Assembly (NCBI GenBank): GCA_051294375.1
Contig: CM119265.1
Coordinates: forward strand, 1,174,242 to 1,238,241
Origin: Paraspadella gotoi
Taxonomy: Eukaryota > Animalia > Chaetognatha
Direction of reading: 5' to 3'
Length of the DNA stretch: 64,000 nucleotides
Within the stretch, counting starts at the first letter, position 1, and each line of letters starts with the position of its first letter. The notes below the pieces were generated by a model. The model had not been told where the DNA came from. It saw only the letters and a list, made by a program, of their open reading frames with translations, and did no database searches. Positions 1-13,640 of this stretch are shown one piece after another. Position numbers and translations under genes: made by a program.

Positions 1-400
1 AATGTCTCTCCACTTAAAAAGGTTGCAACTAATAAAAATCTGTCCTTTTTTTTTTCTCTCCAAACTAAATTTCGCATTTCTAGATCAATTTTAAACCTAA
101 AAATAAACAATATCCTCGATTTAAGCTCCCAAAAAATAATGAATAAAATAATGTATTAATTCAAAGGTTAAATAAATAAAGTCAGCACCTTTATGATTTA
201 CCACAAATTATTATTATTAAATTAATTCGGAATAAATCATTTTGGTCAAAAAAGCAAACCTTCAATTTTTTAAAAAAAATTCCATGAAATTTATCGGACG
301 TCGAAATAAATGAAAGTTTAAAATGAGGAAGAATCAAACAGAACTACTTTTCGGTTTTAGTGTGGAAGGGGGAGGTGAAGTTGGATGTTAATGGGGAAAG

Positions 401-715
401 TGGGCGCTCTCTTTTCCGAGAGTGCCTCATTTCTGTTCGTTTTTACCCCGAATTTAATTTTAATTTAAATATTTTAGTTAAATATTTTTTTAAAACTTAT
501 AAACCAAACCATAATTTTTTGCCTAACCTGATGTTAAATAGTATAACCTCACAATTCTTGACGCTAAACTTAAACCCTAATTTTTAACCCTAAACGCTAA
601 TACCTAACCTAAATCATTTTACTCTAATCAACAAACCTTAATCGCTAACTTAACTAAAATTAACCTAATTTCCAAATTTAAATAAAATGGGGTATTCTGG
701 GAAAAATAGTGCCCA
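401..715. mobile_element. Foldback/MITE-like element with imperfect ~35 bp terminal inverted repeats and a CCTAA/AACCCT-rich core
   Basis: Left end tgggcgctctcttttccgagagtgcctcattt versus reverse complement of the right end tgggcactatttttcccagaataccccatttt. Related ends recur near 16740 (minus), 46812 and 51955. Confidence 0.6.
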
Positions 716-794
716 ATGTGGATGTAGAAGGGGTAATTGGGGTAAGAACGGGTACAGTGGAGATCGATTGTAATGGTTATTAACTCTCGCTGAC

Positions 795-860
795 CGAAGG
801 GTGGTCTCGTTTCTCTCAGTGGTGGGATCAGTTATGAGTGACGGTCTGACAAAAGACACA
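795..860 (-). CDS. Possible isolated 66-nt internal exon (VSFVRPSLITDPTTERNETTLR), gene unknown
   Basis: Non-repetitive island with acceptor cgcacag and donor gtcagc, open in phase 2-2. No recognisable homology. Confidence 0.2.
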
Positions 861-929
861 CTGTGCGGGAATGAAATATATAATTTTATTTGACCTTCGT
901 TTAGTTGGATAGATTATTTTCTTTCTTTT

Positions 930-2455
930 TTCTTTCTTCTTTCTTCTTTCTTTCTTGTTCTTTCTTTCTTTCTTTCTTTTTTCTTTCTTTCTTTTTCTTT
1001 CTTTTTCTTTCTTAGGCCAGGGGATTACTCAACCTAAAATTGTAAAAATCTTAATTTACTGTATCTTAATCATTTTCTCATATCTTGTAAGAGGTTTTCT
1101 ATTGAAAAATATCGAAAACTTTAAAAAATCTACACATAAAATTGTTTATAAAATTTAAACAATTTTTTTCTTCGGTAAAAACTAGATTTTCAAGAGAAAA
1201 AATTTTTTTTATATGTAAGCTAAATTTCTACAACTAAATTTTTAACTTAAAACTGATTCTTTACAGTAAGCTCAACTTTCTACTTCTTATATTTAATTCT
1301 TCTTTTGCTACAAGTACATACTTGGAGTGTAATCACTTATAAGTCTAAATAAACTACTCTACACATTTCTCCAGACGGGTTTTTTATACTTTTATTGAGT
1401 TTTAATGAGTTACAAAAATTTATCGAATTTATTTCAATTTGACTTTATACTTTATTTAAATGTCTAATGAGTTAATGAGTACAGAATTTTAACTTTTCTT
1501 GACGAAGTGAAGTTAAAAACGAAGAGTGGCGCTCAAAACCGTTGACTTTTTCTTGAAGCAAAAAATATCTTGGGCAAGAAAAGAAACGTGGGGGAGATCT
1601 TAAGACGCGCGTTTTTGAAAAAATGTTTTTCGTTTCAAAATATCAAGGAACTAATCCTAAAATTGATTAAATAATCAAATTTTCTATGAAGGAAGGCAAA
1701 TTTTGAAAGTATCTTTTCATAGAATTAGAGGTCGTGACCTAAAGGTAATTCATGCCATATTTCATGAGAAACCGCCTTACCGTTTGGGCTGCAACTCTTC
1801 AAATAGGTTTCTTTTATTTTATATAGTACAAAAAAATCAAAAAAACGACTACGCCTTTGAAAAAAATAGTAAAGTGAATACATTTTCGGAATCGTCAGGA
1901 GCTCTCCTTTCGAAATCCGAGCTCGCTTTTAGCCTAATTAAACTTTGAATTGAGTGATCGCGGACCTTTAAAAAATCGTTTTTGTGATCGTCGTCGTTGT
2001 CGTCGTTGTCATCGTCATCGCCTTCGTCGTCGTCTTCTTCATCGTCGCGTCGTTCATCGTCGTCGTCTTCATCGTCGTCGTCATTATCGTGTCATGCTCT
2101 CATCGTCATCGTCACATAAAAAAAAAGATAAACATCGAAACGAAAATAAAAATGAAAATAAAATAAAAATAAAAATAAAAAGTTGAATGATAAAAACGTC
2201 GCTATCATTTTAACCTTTTTTTCTATCATTTACACCTTTTTTTCTAATCATTTGAATCATTTCTCGACTTAAATCTACATAAATCATTAATTAAAAAAAG
2301 GCGAGGACCGGATACCATCGTTCTCTTCTGTACGAGGATTTACATCCTTAGGGAGAAAAATAAATGGGTTTTAACGGTAGAAAAAGGGAAAAAAAATTAT
2401 GANNNNNNNNNNNNNNNNNNNNNNNNNCTTCTTTTCTTTCTTTCTTTCTCTTTTT

Positions 2456-2491
<36 letters not shown>

Positions 2492-2836
2492 TTAAGCCAG
2501 GGATTACTCAACCTAAAAATGTAAAAATCTAATTTACTGTATTTATCATTTTCTCATATCTTGTAAGAGGTTTTCTATTGAAAAATAATCGAAAACTTTA
2601 AAAAATCTACATAAAATGTTTATAAAAATTAAACAATTTTTTTCTTCGGTAAACTAGATTTTTCAAGAGAAAAATTTTTTTATATGTAAGCTAAATTTCT
2701 ACAACTAAATTTTTAACTTAAAACTGATTCTTTACAGTAAGCTCAACTTTCTACTTCTTATATTTAATTCTTCTTTTGCTAAAGTACATACTTGGAGTGT
2801 AATCACTTATAAGTCTAAATAAACTACTCTACACAT
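930..2836. repeat. Direct duplication: ~930-1365 repeated at ~2430-2836, beside the 25-N gap at 2403-2427
   Basis: Both copies read ccaggg(g)attactcaacctaaaa...aaactactctacacatt and differ by small indels. Confidence 0.9.
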
Positions 2837-3599
2837 TAAATATGAATGAGAAAATTTTTAAAAAAAGAGGAAAAAAAGGAAAGCATTTTAATTTTAACCT
2901 TAATATTTAGCTCAAATGTATTTTTAAATTAATAACCCAATATTTAATCCGAATCACTTACGTTATCCTAATCCTAATCCTAATCCTAATCCTCACCTAT
3001 ATATATCTTTCAATCGAATCCTTAACTTAAAATATTAATCTAGTTATAAATTTAATATTAAAAGGGAAAATATGAGAGGAAAATGAAAAGAAAAAAGAAA
3101 GGAAAAGGAAAAAAATTAAGGAAACAAGAACAGTAATTCAAAAGTGTTGCGCCGCAGTGACTGACTTTTCACGTGTGTTTCTTGAGACATGACATGACAT
3201 GACAAAACTTTTTTTAAATTTAGGAAAAAAGAAAGAAAAAAGAAAAAAAAATAACAAACATCATTTTCTCGAAGGTCGACGTCGAGAGGAAGTCGTTGTT
3301 GTTGTTGTTGTTGTCGTTGTCGTTGTTGTTGTCGTCTCGGACGACCTTGTTCTCACCCGAATCGACACTCGAAAGTCGACAGGTGTTAAGAGAGGAAAGT
3401 TTTACATTTTTGAAGACGAAAAAAAAGAGAATAAAAGAGAAGAGAAAAGAAAAGAATAAAAAAGAAATAAAAAGATAGAGAATAAAAGAGAAGAGAAAAA
3501 AGAGATGAAAAGAGAAGAAAAGAAAAGAGAAGAAAAAAGAAAAAACTGATGAGTTGACCTCCCGTAATTTTTTGTGTCACAGAATAAAAAAAAATGTGA

Positions 3600-3697
3600 A
3601 TGAACCTCTCTGTCTCTCTCTCTTTCTCTCTCTCTCTCTTTCTCTCACACTCTCTCACTCTCTCTTTCTATTTCTATCTCCCACTCTCTCTGTATCT

Positions 3698-3753
<56 letters not shown>

Positions 3754-3866
3754 TAAAGTTTGGAATAGAGATCGAGAGAGACATCACTTAAATTATGTGG
3801 TACCGCATGAAAAATGAGCCTTTATTCAAAATCGCTCTCATTTCTTTCTTTCGCCTCTATTACCTT

Positions 3867-3912
<46 letters not shown>

Positions 3913-4119
3913 ACTCTCTAATCATTCATTCCATTCTTTCATCTGAGCAATTTGCTTTTTTCTCTCTATCATTTTTCATCACGAAATTTTTAGAGAGTTT
4001 TAATGATACCACGGGCTCAATTAGTCAATTGCTGATTCATTTTTACATTTTTTTTAATTTTAAATTTTAATTTAATTTAAAATTTTTAATTTCAACGATT
4101 GGAGTTTTTTATTTTTTAT

Positions 4120-4158
<39 letters not shown>

Positions 4159-4505
4159 AGGAGAGGAGAGAGAGAGAGAGAGAAAAAAGGAGAGAGGAAG
4201 TATGTAGAAAAAAGAAGACTTAAAATATTTTCATGTGAACTTAAAATAAAAGCTTTTAACTAAAGATTTTTAATTACTAATGAAATAGGGAGTGATTGAT
4301 AAAAAACGAATCAAGCTCTTTGGCCGACGCCATTGCTTGCCAAGAAACAAGCACGGCGGTTGACCGAAGCCAATCTACTTGGTCCCCAGCTGTCTTCCTG
4401 TCTCTCTCTCTCTATCTTTCTCCTCGTCCCTTTCTCTCTCTTTCCTTCTTCTCTCTTCTGTATCTCCCCTCCCCCCTCCCCCCCTCTCTCTCCTCCTCTC
4501 TCCTC

Positions 4506-4547
<42 letters not shown>

Positions 4548-5722
4548 CTCTTCTCTCTCTGGCGGTGGTTAAGAAGACGCTTACGGCAATTAAACAAATA
4601 CCTTTTTCCCCTCAAGGACAAAATAAATTAGGATATACATAATAGTTTTTTTTTCATGAAAATAATTCTGTTAATTAGTTAGAAAATTTAAATAGGACAT
4701 AACTTGATAAAGAACTGGACAAATTATTGAAGAAAAGACGCTTATTCAAAAATTACTATTCACAAATTATTATTCATTTATCAACTCAACTTCAAAAACA
4801 TATTTTATTAATAATAAATATTTTGATATAATCGATCAATCAACCCATTCAATTAAATAATTCAAATTCATAATTCTATTATTTATATTTTGATGGTTCA
4901 TGGTTTATAAAAGACTAACGAACCAGCAAAAAAGCGTTCACAGCAAAATAACGACAGTAAAAATATATGAGCGAAGAGAAAGGAGAGAAAAGAGAAAACA
5001 AAATATAGAATTAAATATTATTTTTGCGCTTTTTCGTTTCTTTATCTTTTTTTACTATATTTATTAATGCTATTAGGCAATATAAAACATATATGTTTGC
5101 CAGACATTATCATTATGCATATCTTTTTTTATATATTTATAATTTGCTATTAGCAAAATAAAACAAATGTTTGCAAGATTTTATCATGATGCATTATTTT
5201 GATAAGCTCGATGAGCTAAAATTACTCATGGGTTAAATTCAAGATATTTTTTCTCTTTAGCAACTTTTGATGTGTACCTCAGTCAATCTGAAATTAGAGA
5301 CTTAAAGTAGATTCAGAGCAGAATGTTCAACAGGAAGATGACCTTCAATACTTTTAGTTTTGTTTCTAAAGTCTATATTTTAAATTTAAAGTTAATATTT
5401 ATAAAATTAACGCATTTTAACGGTTANNNNNNNNNNNNNNNNNNNNNNNNNTTCTCTCGTCTCTCTCTCGATCCTCCTCTCTCTCCGTCTCTCTCTCTCT
5501 CTCTCTTTCTCTTCTCTCTCTCTTTCTCTCGTGCCATCTCCTCTTCATCTCTCTCTCTCTCCCTCTTTTGCATCGAACAGACGTTATCAAGATTCCAAGG
5601 ATCTTTTGATGTCATTCAAATTAAAACAAAAAGATCCATCAATTCTTATTCGTCGTCGTCGGTTTGTCGTCATCGAGACAAAGATTCATTTATCAAACAG
5701 ATCACTTCGAAAAGTCAACAGG

Positions 5723-5806
<84 letters not shown>

Positions 5807-5940
5807 GAGAGAGAGAGAGAAGAAGAGGGTGAGAGAGAGAGAGAGAAGAGAGACGAGACGAGAGAGGCAGGGAGAGTGAGAGAGAGAGAGAAAGAGAGCA
5901 GAGAGGAGTAGAGAGAGAGAGAGAGAGGAAGAGAGGAGGT

Positions 5941-5971
<31 letters not shown>

Positions 5972-6089
5972 AGAGATCAAATTTGTAATCGCAAGGCTGG
6001 TCCAGTTCTGTCGGAGACCAACTTTGCCAAAACCAAAACGAAGTCTAAGATGAGACAAACAACAACAACAACAACACACAAACAACAAC

Positions 6090-6148
<59 letters not shown>

Positions 6149-6624
6149 CAACCAAAGGAAATAAATTTTATTGGTTGGAAAGAATATAATAAGATACAAA
6201 ACATAAATGACAAAACAAACAAACCAGAAAAATAGAAAGAGAGAAGAGAGAGAGAAGAAGAGAGAAGAGAGAAGAGAGAGAGAGAGAAGAGAAAGAGAAG
6301 AGAGAAGAGAGAGAAGGGGTGAAGAGAGAAGAGTGAGAAGAGACTTCTTAGAAAATAATTAACGTTAAAATGAAAAAAAATGTTTATGGAACAAAAACAC
6401 ATTGTCGTCGTCGTCACGTCGTCGTCGTCGGTGTCTTTAGGAAGAAAAACATGTTTTAAGACTTTTAAGTTAATTTTTTAGTTTTGCGTATTTAGGTTGT
6501 TTTTTTGATTGAATTGAGTGATTGATTAAACCTAAATTGATTGTTTTTGTAGATTGATTAGAATGTTTGATTTGGTTAATTACCTCAATTGGTTCTTTGG
6601 TTTTGTTAATTTTGAGGATTTGGT

Positions 6625-6705
<81 letters not shown>

Positions 6706-7467
6706 AAGAGAGAGAAAGAGAGAGAGAAGAGAGAAGAGAGAGAGAGAATGAAAGAGAGAAAGAGAGAGAGAGAGAAAAAGAGAAGAAAGAAAAGAGAAGA
6801 GGAGAAAGAAAGGAGAGAGAGAGAGAGAAGAAGAGAGAAAGAAAGAGAGAAAGAGAGAGAAGAGAGAGAGAGAGAGAGAGCAGAGAGAAGGGAGTGGAGT
6901 GGCTGCTACCAAATTGGAGATTCTTATGAGAATAAAAGTGGAAAAAGAGAATTTCGGAAAAGTTCGATTGAGAATTTGATGGACAAAAAAAAGTTTTAAA
7001 AGGAGAAAAAAATGAAGCGAATTAAAAAAAATGAAATGGAATTGAGAGAAAGAAAAAAATGAAAAATGGGATACAATGAAATGAGAAATGAATAAAGTAA
7101 AAATGTAAAAATAGAGTTGCAGAAAACTAGGAAATAGGATTAAAATGGAAAGTTATTTGTATAAACTAAAATCAGTGATTACAAATAATAGTATAAAAAA
7201 TACTGAAAAGAACATGGCGTCTGTCCTCTCTCTCTCTCTCTCTCATCGCTCTCCATCTCTTCTTCTCTCTCTCTCGTCCTCTCTCTCTCCCTTCTCTCTC
7301 CTCTCTTCATCTCCGCCTCATCCTCTCTCCTCTCTCTCTTCTTTCTCTCTTCTTCCTCTCTCTCTGTCTCTCCACTGCTATGAAATCGAACTGGAATAAA
7401 AATGCGATACATAATAAAGTGTTTCCATCACGAAATCAATAACGCTGTAACTGTTTGTGGGGAAAGA

Positions 7468-7498
<31 letters not shown>

Positions 7499-8680
7499 AG
7501 AGAAGAGAGAGAAGAGGAGAAGAGAGGAGAAAGAGAGAAATCACAGAAAATAAGTAAACAATAGACAATATAAAAGTATTGACAAAGAAAGTCATGACAA
7601 TATAAAGTTCTAAGAATAAAAAAAAAAAGTCAAAATCTTCCGTCGAGTCACATTTAGTTACTTGCCTTTCGGATGGAAGCAAAACCCTTAAGGCAACGAA
7701 GTCTAAAAGGCAAACCGATTTTAAGTTAATATAGAAATATAAATGACATGACAAAGAAGAGAGAGTGAGGAAAGAGAGAAGGGGGGGGAGAGGAGAGGGG
7801 AGAGAGAAAGAAAGAGAGAGAAGGGAGAGAGAGATAAGAGAGAGGAGAGTGGGCGGAAGAGAGAGAGGAGGGGGAGAGATACAAAGAGAGAGAGAGAGAA
7901 CAGAGAGAAGGGAGGGAGAAAATAGAGGAGAGAGACAGGAAGACAGCTGGGGACCAAGTAGATTGGCTTCGTCAACCGCCGTGCTTGTTTCTTGGCCAAA
8001 GCAATGGCGTTCCGGCCAAAGAGCTTGATTCGTTTTTAATCAAATCACTCCCTTTTCATTAGTAATTAAAAATTCTTTAGTTAAAAGCTTTTATTTTAAG
8101 TTCACATGAAAATATTTAAGTCTTTCTTTTTTCTAACATATCCATCCTTCCTTTTTTCCTCTCTCTCTCTCTCTCCTCATCTCTCTCTCTCTCTCTCGTC
8201 TCCTCTCCTCTCTGAAAAAAACTCTCTACGTTTGAAATGTAAATTTAAAAATTAAAATTAAATTAAATTAAAATTATTTAAAATAAAAAAAAATGTAAAA
8301 ATGAATCAGCCAATTGACTAATTGAGCCGTGGTATCATAACAATCCTTAAAAATTGCTGATAGAAAAAATGATAGAGAAAAGGAAAACATATAGAGAGAA
8401 AAAGAGCCAAATGTGTAGAGGAAGAATGGAATCGAAATGATTAGAGAGTGAGAATGAAAGGAGAGAGAGAGAGAGAGAGAGAGAAAGAAGAGGAGAAGGA
8501 GTTTGAGGGTAAAGAGCGCAAGAAAAGAAATGAGAGCGATTTTGAATAAAGGCTCATTTTCATGCGGTACCACATAATTTAAAGTGAGTCCGATCACTCC
8601 CCTGAATCTCTATTCCAAAACTTTTATTTCTCTCCGTCTACTATCTCTCTACTCTCTCATCTCTCTCTCTTCCTCTCTCC
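3600..8680. repeat. Inverted duplication: ~3600-4560 versus ~7765-8680
   Basis: gccaagaaacaagcacggcggttgaccgaagccaatctacttggtccccagctg (~4340-4392) appears reverse-complemented at ~7944-7998. gtggtaccgcatg at ~3797 appears reverse-complemented at ~8561. Confidence 0.9.
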
Positions 8681-10452
8681 TCCTCATCTCTTCTCCTTCC
8701 TTCTTATCCCTCTCTCTCACTCGCCCTGATCTCTCTCATCTCTCTCATCTCAACGCCGCCCCGTCGTCCTCATCTCCGAACACGCATCTCTCCCCGTCTC
8801 CATTCCCTCTCTCGTCCACGCCTTCTCTCGTCTCTCCTCTCCGTTCACCTCCTCATCCCTTCTGAATTCTATTTCTTCTTATCTTCATTTTGTGTTGTCT
8901 TTATCTTTTTTTTTTCGTTGTGAGAGATGCCGTTGAGCGGGACTGAGAATTGGTTTAGAAAGATCCGAAAAAGCGATAAAATTTAACTTTTCATAAATGA
9001 GGGACTTTTAGTCGAGAGCACGAGAGAGTAAATAGTTCCTCATGATACTCGCTTCATCGTACTGTTCTCAATCAGTCTCAGCTATGGGCAATGAAAAAGA
9101 GATGAGAGAGGAGTAGTTGATCACCCGTAGGCGATAGACTAAACCATTGGAAGGTTAGATAAGGAATAAGAAAAAATAAAATCATATTCAAGTCAACCAA
9201 GAAGAGATATGAGTTCTCATCTAATATTTAAAAAATTTCAAAACTATCTATGTCATTTTTCGTTACAAGAAAGGTGTTTTGCCATAACTTGTCGGATTTA
9301 GTCAAAAGAAAATGTTTATTTAAAATGATTGAATGAAATTCGAGGCAGAGAAGCGAAGAGATTCACGAGACGATGTGACGTTTAATGAGCAAGGAAAAGC
9401 AGAAAGCACGGAAGCGCATGGCGTATCTCCATGAGCAGGAGCAGAGTCGATCAGTCAAGAGGAACTCGAGCGTAAACGAATCCGTATCGTCTCTCTCAAC
9501 AGTCCCCATCGCTTCAGATACGTCTCGATGACGAGTGAGACGGTAACTAACATGCCTCGTCGATCTTCTCAGTCAGTCATTCTCGAGTACTCTCTCTCTC
9601 TCGATCTCTCTACTCTCTACCTCTTTCTCTTGGGGATGGTAAGAAAGACGCTTACGGCAATTAAACAAATACCTTTTTCCCCCTCAAGACAAAAATAATT
9701 AGGATATAATAATGAGTTTTTTTCAGAAAATAATTACTTTAATTAGTTAGAAAATTTATAAGAGGACATAACTTGATAAAGAACTGGACAATTATTGAAA
9801 GACGCTTATTCAAAAATTACTATCACAAATTATTATTCATTTATCCAACTCAACTGGTCGGAAAAAAATATTTTATATATATATTATAATATTTGGATTA
9901 ATCGATCAATCAAACTATTCAATTAAATAATTAAATTCAATAATTTATATTTATATTTATGAGTTATGCGTTCTATAAAAGACTAACAACCAGCAAAAAA
10001 GCGTTCACAGCTCCAAAACCTAACATGACAGAAATATATGAGCGAAGCAGTTAAAGCAGAGAAAAGAGAAAACAAAATATAGAATATAAAAATATTTTTG
10101 CGCTTTTTCTGTTTTCTTATCTTTTTTTAACTATATTTATTAATGCATATGCTATAAAATAATGGCAGAATATATATGCACTTTTTATATATTATGTTTA
10201 TAAAAAATGGCAAGATTTTATCATGATGCAATTATATTTGATAAGTCTCGATTGAAGCTACAAATTACTCATCCGGGTAAATTCTCAAGATATTTTTTTC
10301 TTTAGTCGTCCACTCTTTGATGTGTAACTCAGCACTGTTAACTTAAAGTAGATCAGCATGTCAACAGGAGATACCTTCAATACTTTAGTTTTGTTTTAAA
10401 TGTCTATTTTTAAATTTAAAGTTAAATTATAAAATTAACCGCATTTAACGGC
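4560..10452. repeat. Direct duplication: ~4560-5426 repeated at ~9630-10452 (noisy copy)
   Basis: Both start gacgcttacggcaattaaacaaataccttttt and end ataaaattaac(c)gcattt(t)aacgg. The first copy stops at the 25-N gap 5427-5451. Confidence 0.9.
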
Positions 10453-10454
10453 TT

Positions 10455-12780
10455 AAACCGATAAAAAAATGTTAGTTTTACTGTCTTCAAGCGAACGTTT
10501 CCCTAAAAAAATTAAGGGTTAACGAAATCTCTAATGTTTCGAAGTTAAGTTAAGTCGTCTTTCCCGAACTTATGGTTTCTCTCCTGCCACTGCTTCTATC
10601 ACACACGATTTCTAATTTCTTTTCATGTTCGCTCTAATCAATCTCATTTCCATTCTTCTCACACATTGGCTTATTTATTCTCTCTTTCATTGTTTCCTAT
10701 TATTCTCTACCTCATTTGTTCTGATGTCACGAAGAATGAGAGAGAGTGTTTGTGTAGATTGAGAGAGAGAGAGGGTGTAGAGAGCATGGTGAGTAGGAAT
10801 ATAGGGAGAGGACTGAGAAAGAGATGAGACAAAGAGAGCAGAGAGTGAAGAGGAGACAATTCCAAAGTGACATTTCCTTAATTTACAGTTCACTTAAAAA
10901 GGTGATATATGAGTCAGTGAAGAGAATATGATAAGTGAGTGGAAGGAAACGTGGGCGCTCACTTGATGAATGTAATTTGATTTAAATGCAAATCCTAATA
11001 TTTAAGATCCTAAGGAACTTACAATTTTTTACTGTGAATTCAATTAACTTAAGTAAAAGTTTTATATAATTAATTAATATATACTATATTTATATTTAAA
11101 TAAATAAATTATAAATATATATATTTAAATAAATTATTATAATTATATAAATAATTTAAAATAAAAATAAAAATTATATTATAATATAAATTATAACTAA
11201 CAGATAAATAATATATGAGTTATTATTATTATTTTTAATAATAATATATACATAACAGAAAAAATGTATGTATGGTAGTAGGGAGATATAGAATGAAAGA
11301 CGATATGAAGTTTTCACAAATAAAGGAGATCAAACAATAATATCAGAATTATCTTAATATAACTTATTAAGAAGAAACCGCAGTACAAAAACAGATGCGA
11401 CTGTACAGAGTAGATAAATACTAGGGAAAAAGGGATAAAAGAAAGGATCTATATGTAAGTAAACACACAAAGAGAAACTACAATATCATCTTTCTCTTCT
11501 CCATCGTCTTCTCGAGTCAACTCTAAAAAATAAACTTCTTCTTAATCTCAAAAATCGATTTTAATCTCTCTCTTCCACCTTCAAAATCTTCTCTATCAAA
11601 ATTCGGAGTTTCTGCGATTGAATATCAAAAATCCGTCAATCCCAATCGCTACCTCTTGGCTCTCTCTCTCTCTGAGCGAAATGCTCGAATTGACTTAGCG
11701 ATGGATCTGGCCTGGAACTATATAGATATTTAAAAAATGAGAACGACGAACAGAACCACGAAACGACGACGACAGGACGATGCACCAATCCACGATGTGA
11801 TCGAGCCGTAACAGAAAAGGAGATAGATGAAGAAGTCGTCAAAGGGATGGACTATGGATTGTGACATCGTTACGAGTGCTGTCTGGCTGTGTCCTCATCT
11901 GAGTCTTGTTGGGTGTTTACGCGTCCAGCTGTCTTCTCCTCCGAATTTAGTGGCTTGTCTGCGTATCTCGTCCCTCTGTTTGTATTTCCCTGTTCCTGTC
12001 TCAATGAATGTAATGTCATTGAAAAAACGGATGAATGAATGATGAGTGATATGAATAAACCAACTAATGCTAACTGAAATGACGAATGAATGAGAGCAGA
12101 CCAAGGGAAGATTAATGCCCCTTGAAAAAACAGTAGCACAAAGAAATAAAAAACACATGGGAAATAACTACTAAGAGAGAGAGAGATGATCCATCCCTCA
12201 ATCGCGGTTGAGTTAGAGACTACTCTTTGACCTGTCTATCATTAACGGAAGGTGGGGGAATAGAGGACAGAGGACGTAGTATGGATATCTCCACCGCAGA
12301 GGCACGGATGAGAGGTCTCGTCTCTCGTCCGCGCCAAACCGATAAAAATGTTAGTTTTAACTGTTAAGCGAAGTTCCTAAAAAATTAAGGGTTAACGAAA
12401 CTCTAATGTGAAGTTAAAGTTAAGGTTCTTGAACTTATGGTTCTGACGTTTTTGTGACTCAAAGAATCCAGTGAGAGATAGAGAGAGAGTGTGTGAGAGA
12501 GAGAGAGAGGGAGAGAGAGAGGGAGAGGAAAATAAGGAGGGACTGAGAGAGAGAAAGAGAGAGAGAGAGAGTGAGCTCATGAGAGAGACAATTCCAAAGT
12601 GACATTTCCTAATTTACAGTTCACTAAAAAGGTGATATATGAGTCAGTGAGAGAATTGATTAGTGAGTGAAGGAAAAATGACTTGTGAATGATTGATTTA
12701 AATTCAAACTAATAATGAAATAAGACATTACGGATTTAACAAGAAAGTTTAATAAGTAAATAAAAAATAACTATAAATAA

Positions 12781-12832
<52 letters not shown>

Positions 12833-12992
12833 AAATATTTACGTAACATTTATATTTACGTAAAAAAAATTGTTTTTGTAACAAATAATAAACATTTTTT
12901 CGACAAATAAAGAGATCAAACAATAATTATCAAATTATCCTAATATACTTATTAAAAGAAACCACAAAACAGATTCACTGTATATTTCTGGA

Positions 12993-13023
<31 letters not shown>

Positions 13024-13640
13024 GAGAAGAGAGAGAGGAGAGAGGCCCGAGAGAGAGAGATTGCCATGTTGAACACATTTTATCTTNNNNNNNNNNNNNN
13101 NNNNNNNNNNNNNNNNNNNNNNNNNNNNNNNNNNNNNNNNNNNNNNNNNNNNNNNNNNNNNNNNNNNNNNNNNNNNNNNNNNNNNNNNNNNNNNNNNNNN
13201 NNNNNNNNNNNNNNNNNNNNNNNNNNNNNNNNNNNNNNNNNNNNNNNNNNNCGACGACGACGACGACGATGAATACGATGATCAATAACAGAAAAGGAAG
13301 ATTAGAAGTCGCAAAGGGATGGACTATGGATTTGTACATTCGTCTGTCTGTCTGGTTGTGTGTCCGTCCGATTTAGTGTCTGTCTGCGTATCTGCCTGTC
13401 CCTCTGTTTGTCTTTCCCTGTCTGTCTCAATGAATGTATGATTGAAAAAACGGATGAATGAATGAATGAGTGAATGAATAAACCAACTAATGAATGAATG
13501 AACGAATGAATGAGCAGACAAAGGGAAGATTATGCTGAAAAAAGTACACAAAGAAAAAAAACACATGGGAAAAATACTAAGAGAGAGAGAGAGACAAATG
13601 GGGAGAGAGATAGAGATAAGGAGGGAGAGAGGGACAGAGN
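10455..13640. repeat. Direct duplication: ~10455-12180 (very noisy) versus ~12336-13640
   Basis: Shared anchors in the same order: aaaccgataaaaa...tgttagtttta, gagacaattccaaagtgacatttcct, gagatcaaacaataa, aaagggatggactatggatt, aacacatggga. Confidence 0.85.

Noticed and set aside
1950-2186. Arg/His-rich and Val-rich ORFs
   Set aside because: They are translations of (TCG/TCA)n repeats, with no splice or homology support.
5702-6417. Poly-Cys, poly-Thr and poly-Val ORFs, and the many ER/SL-repeat ORFs throughout
   Set aside because: (CAA)n and (AG)n microsatellites lack stop codons in any frame.
8700-9600. Apparently unique, more GC-balanced sequence that could be an insertion
   Set aside because: It lies between two duplicated blocks and looks like low-quality raw-read sequence. 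No ORF or motif.
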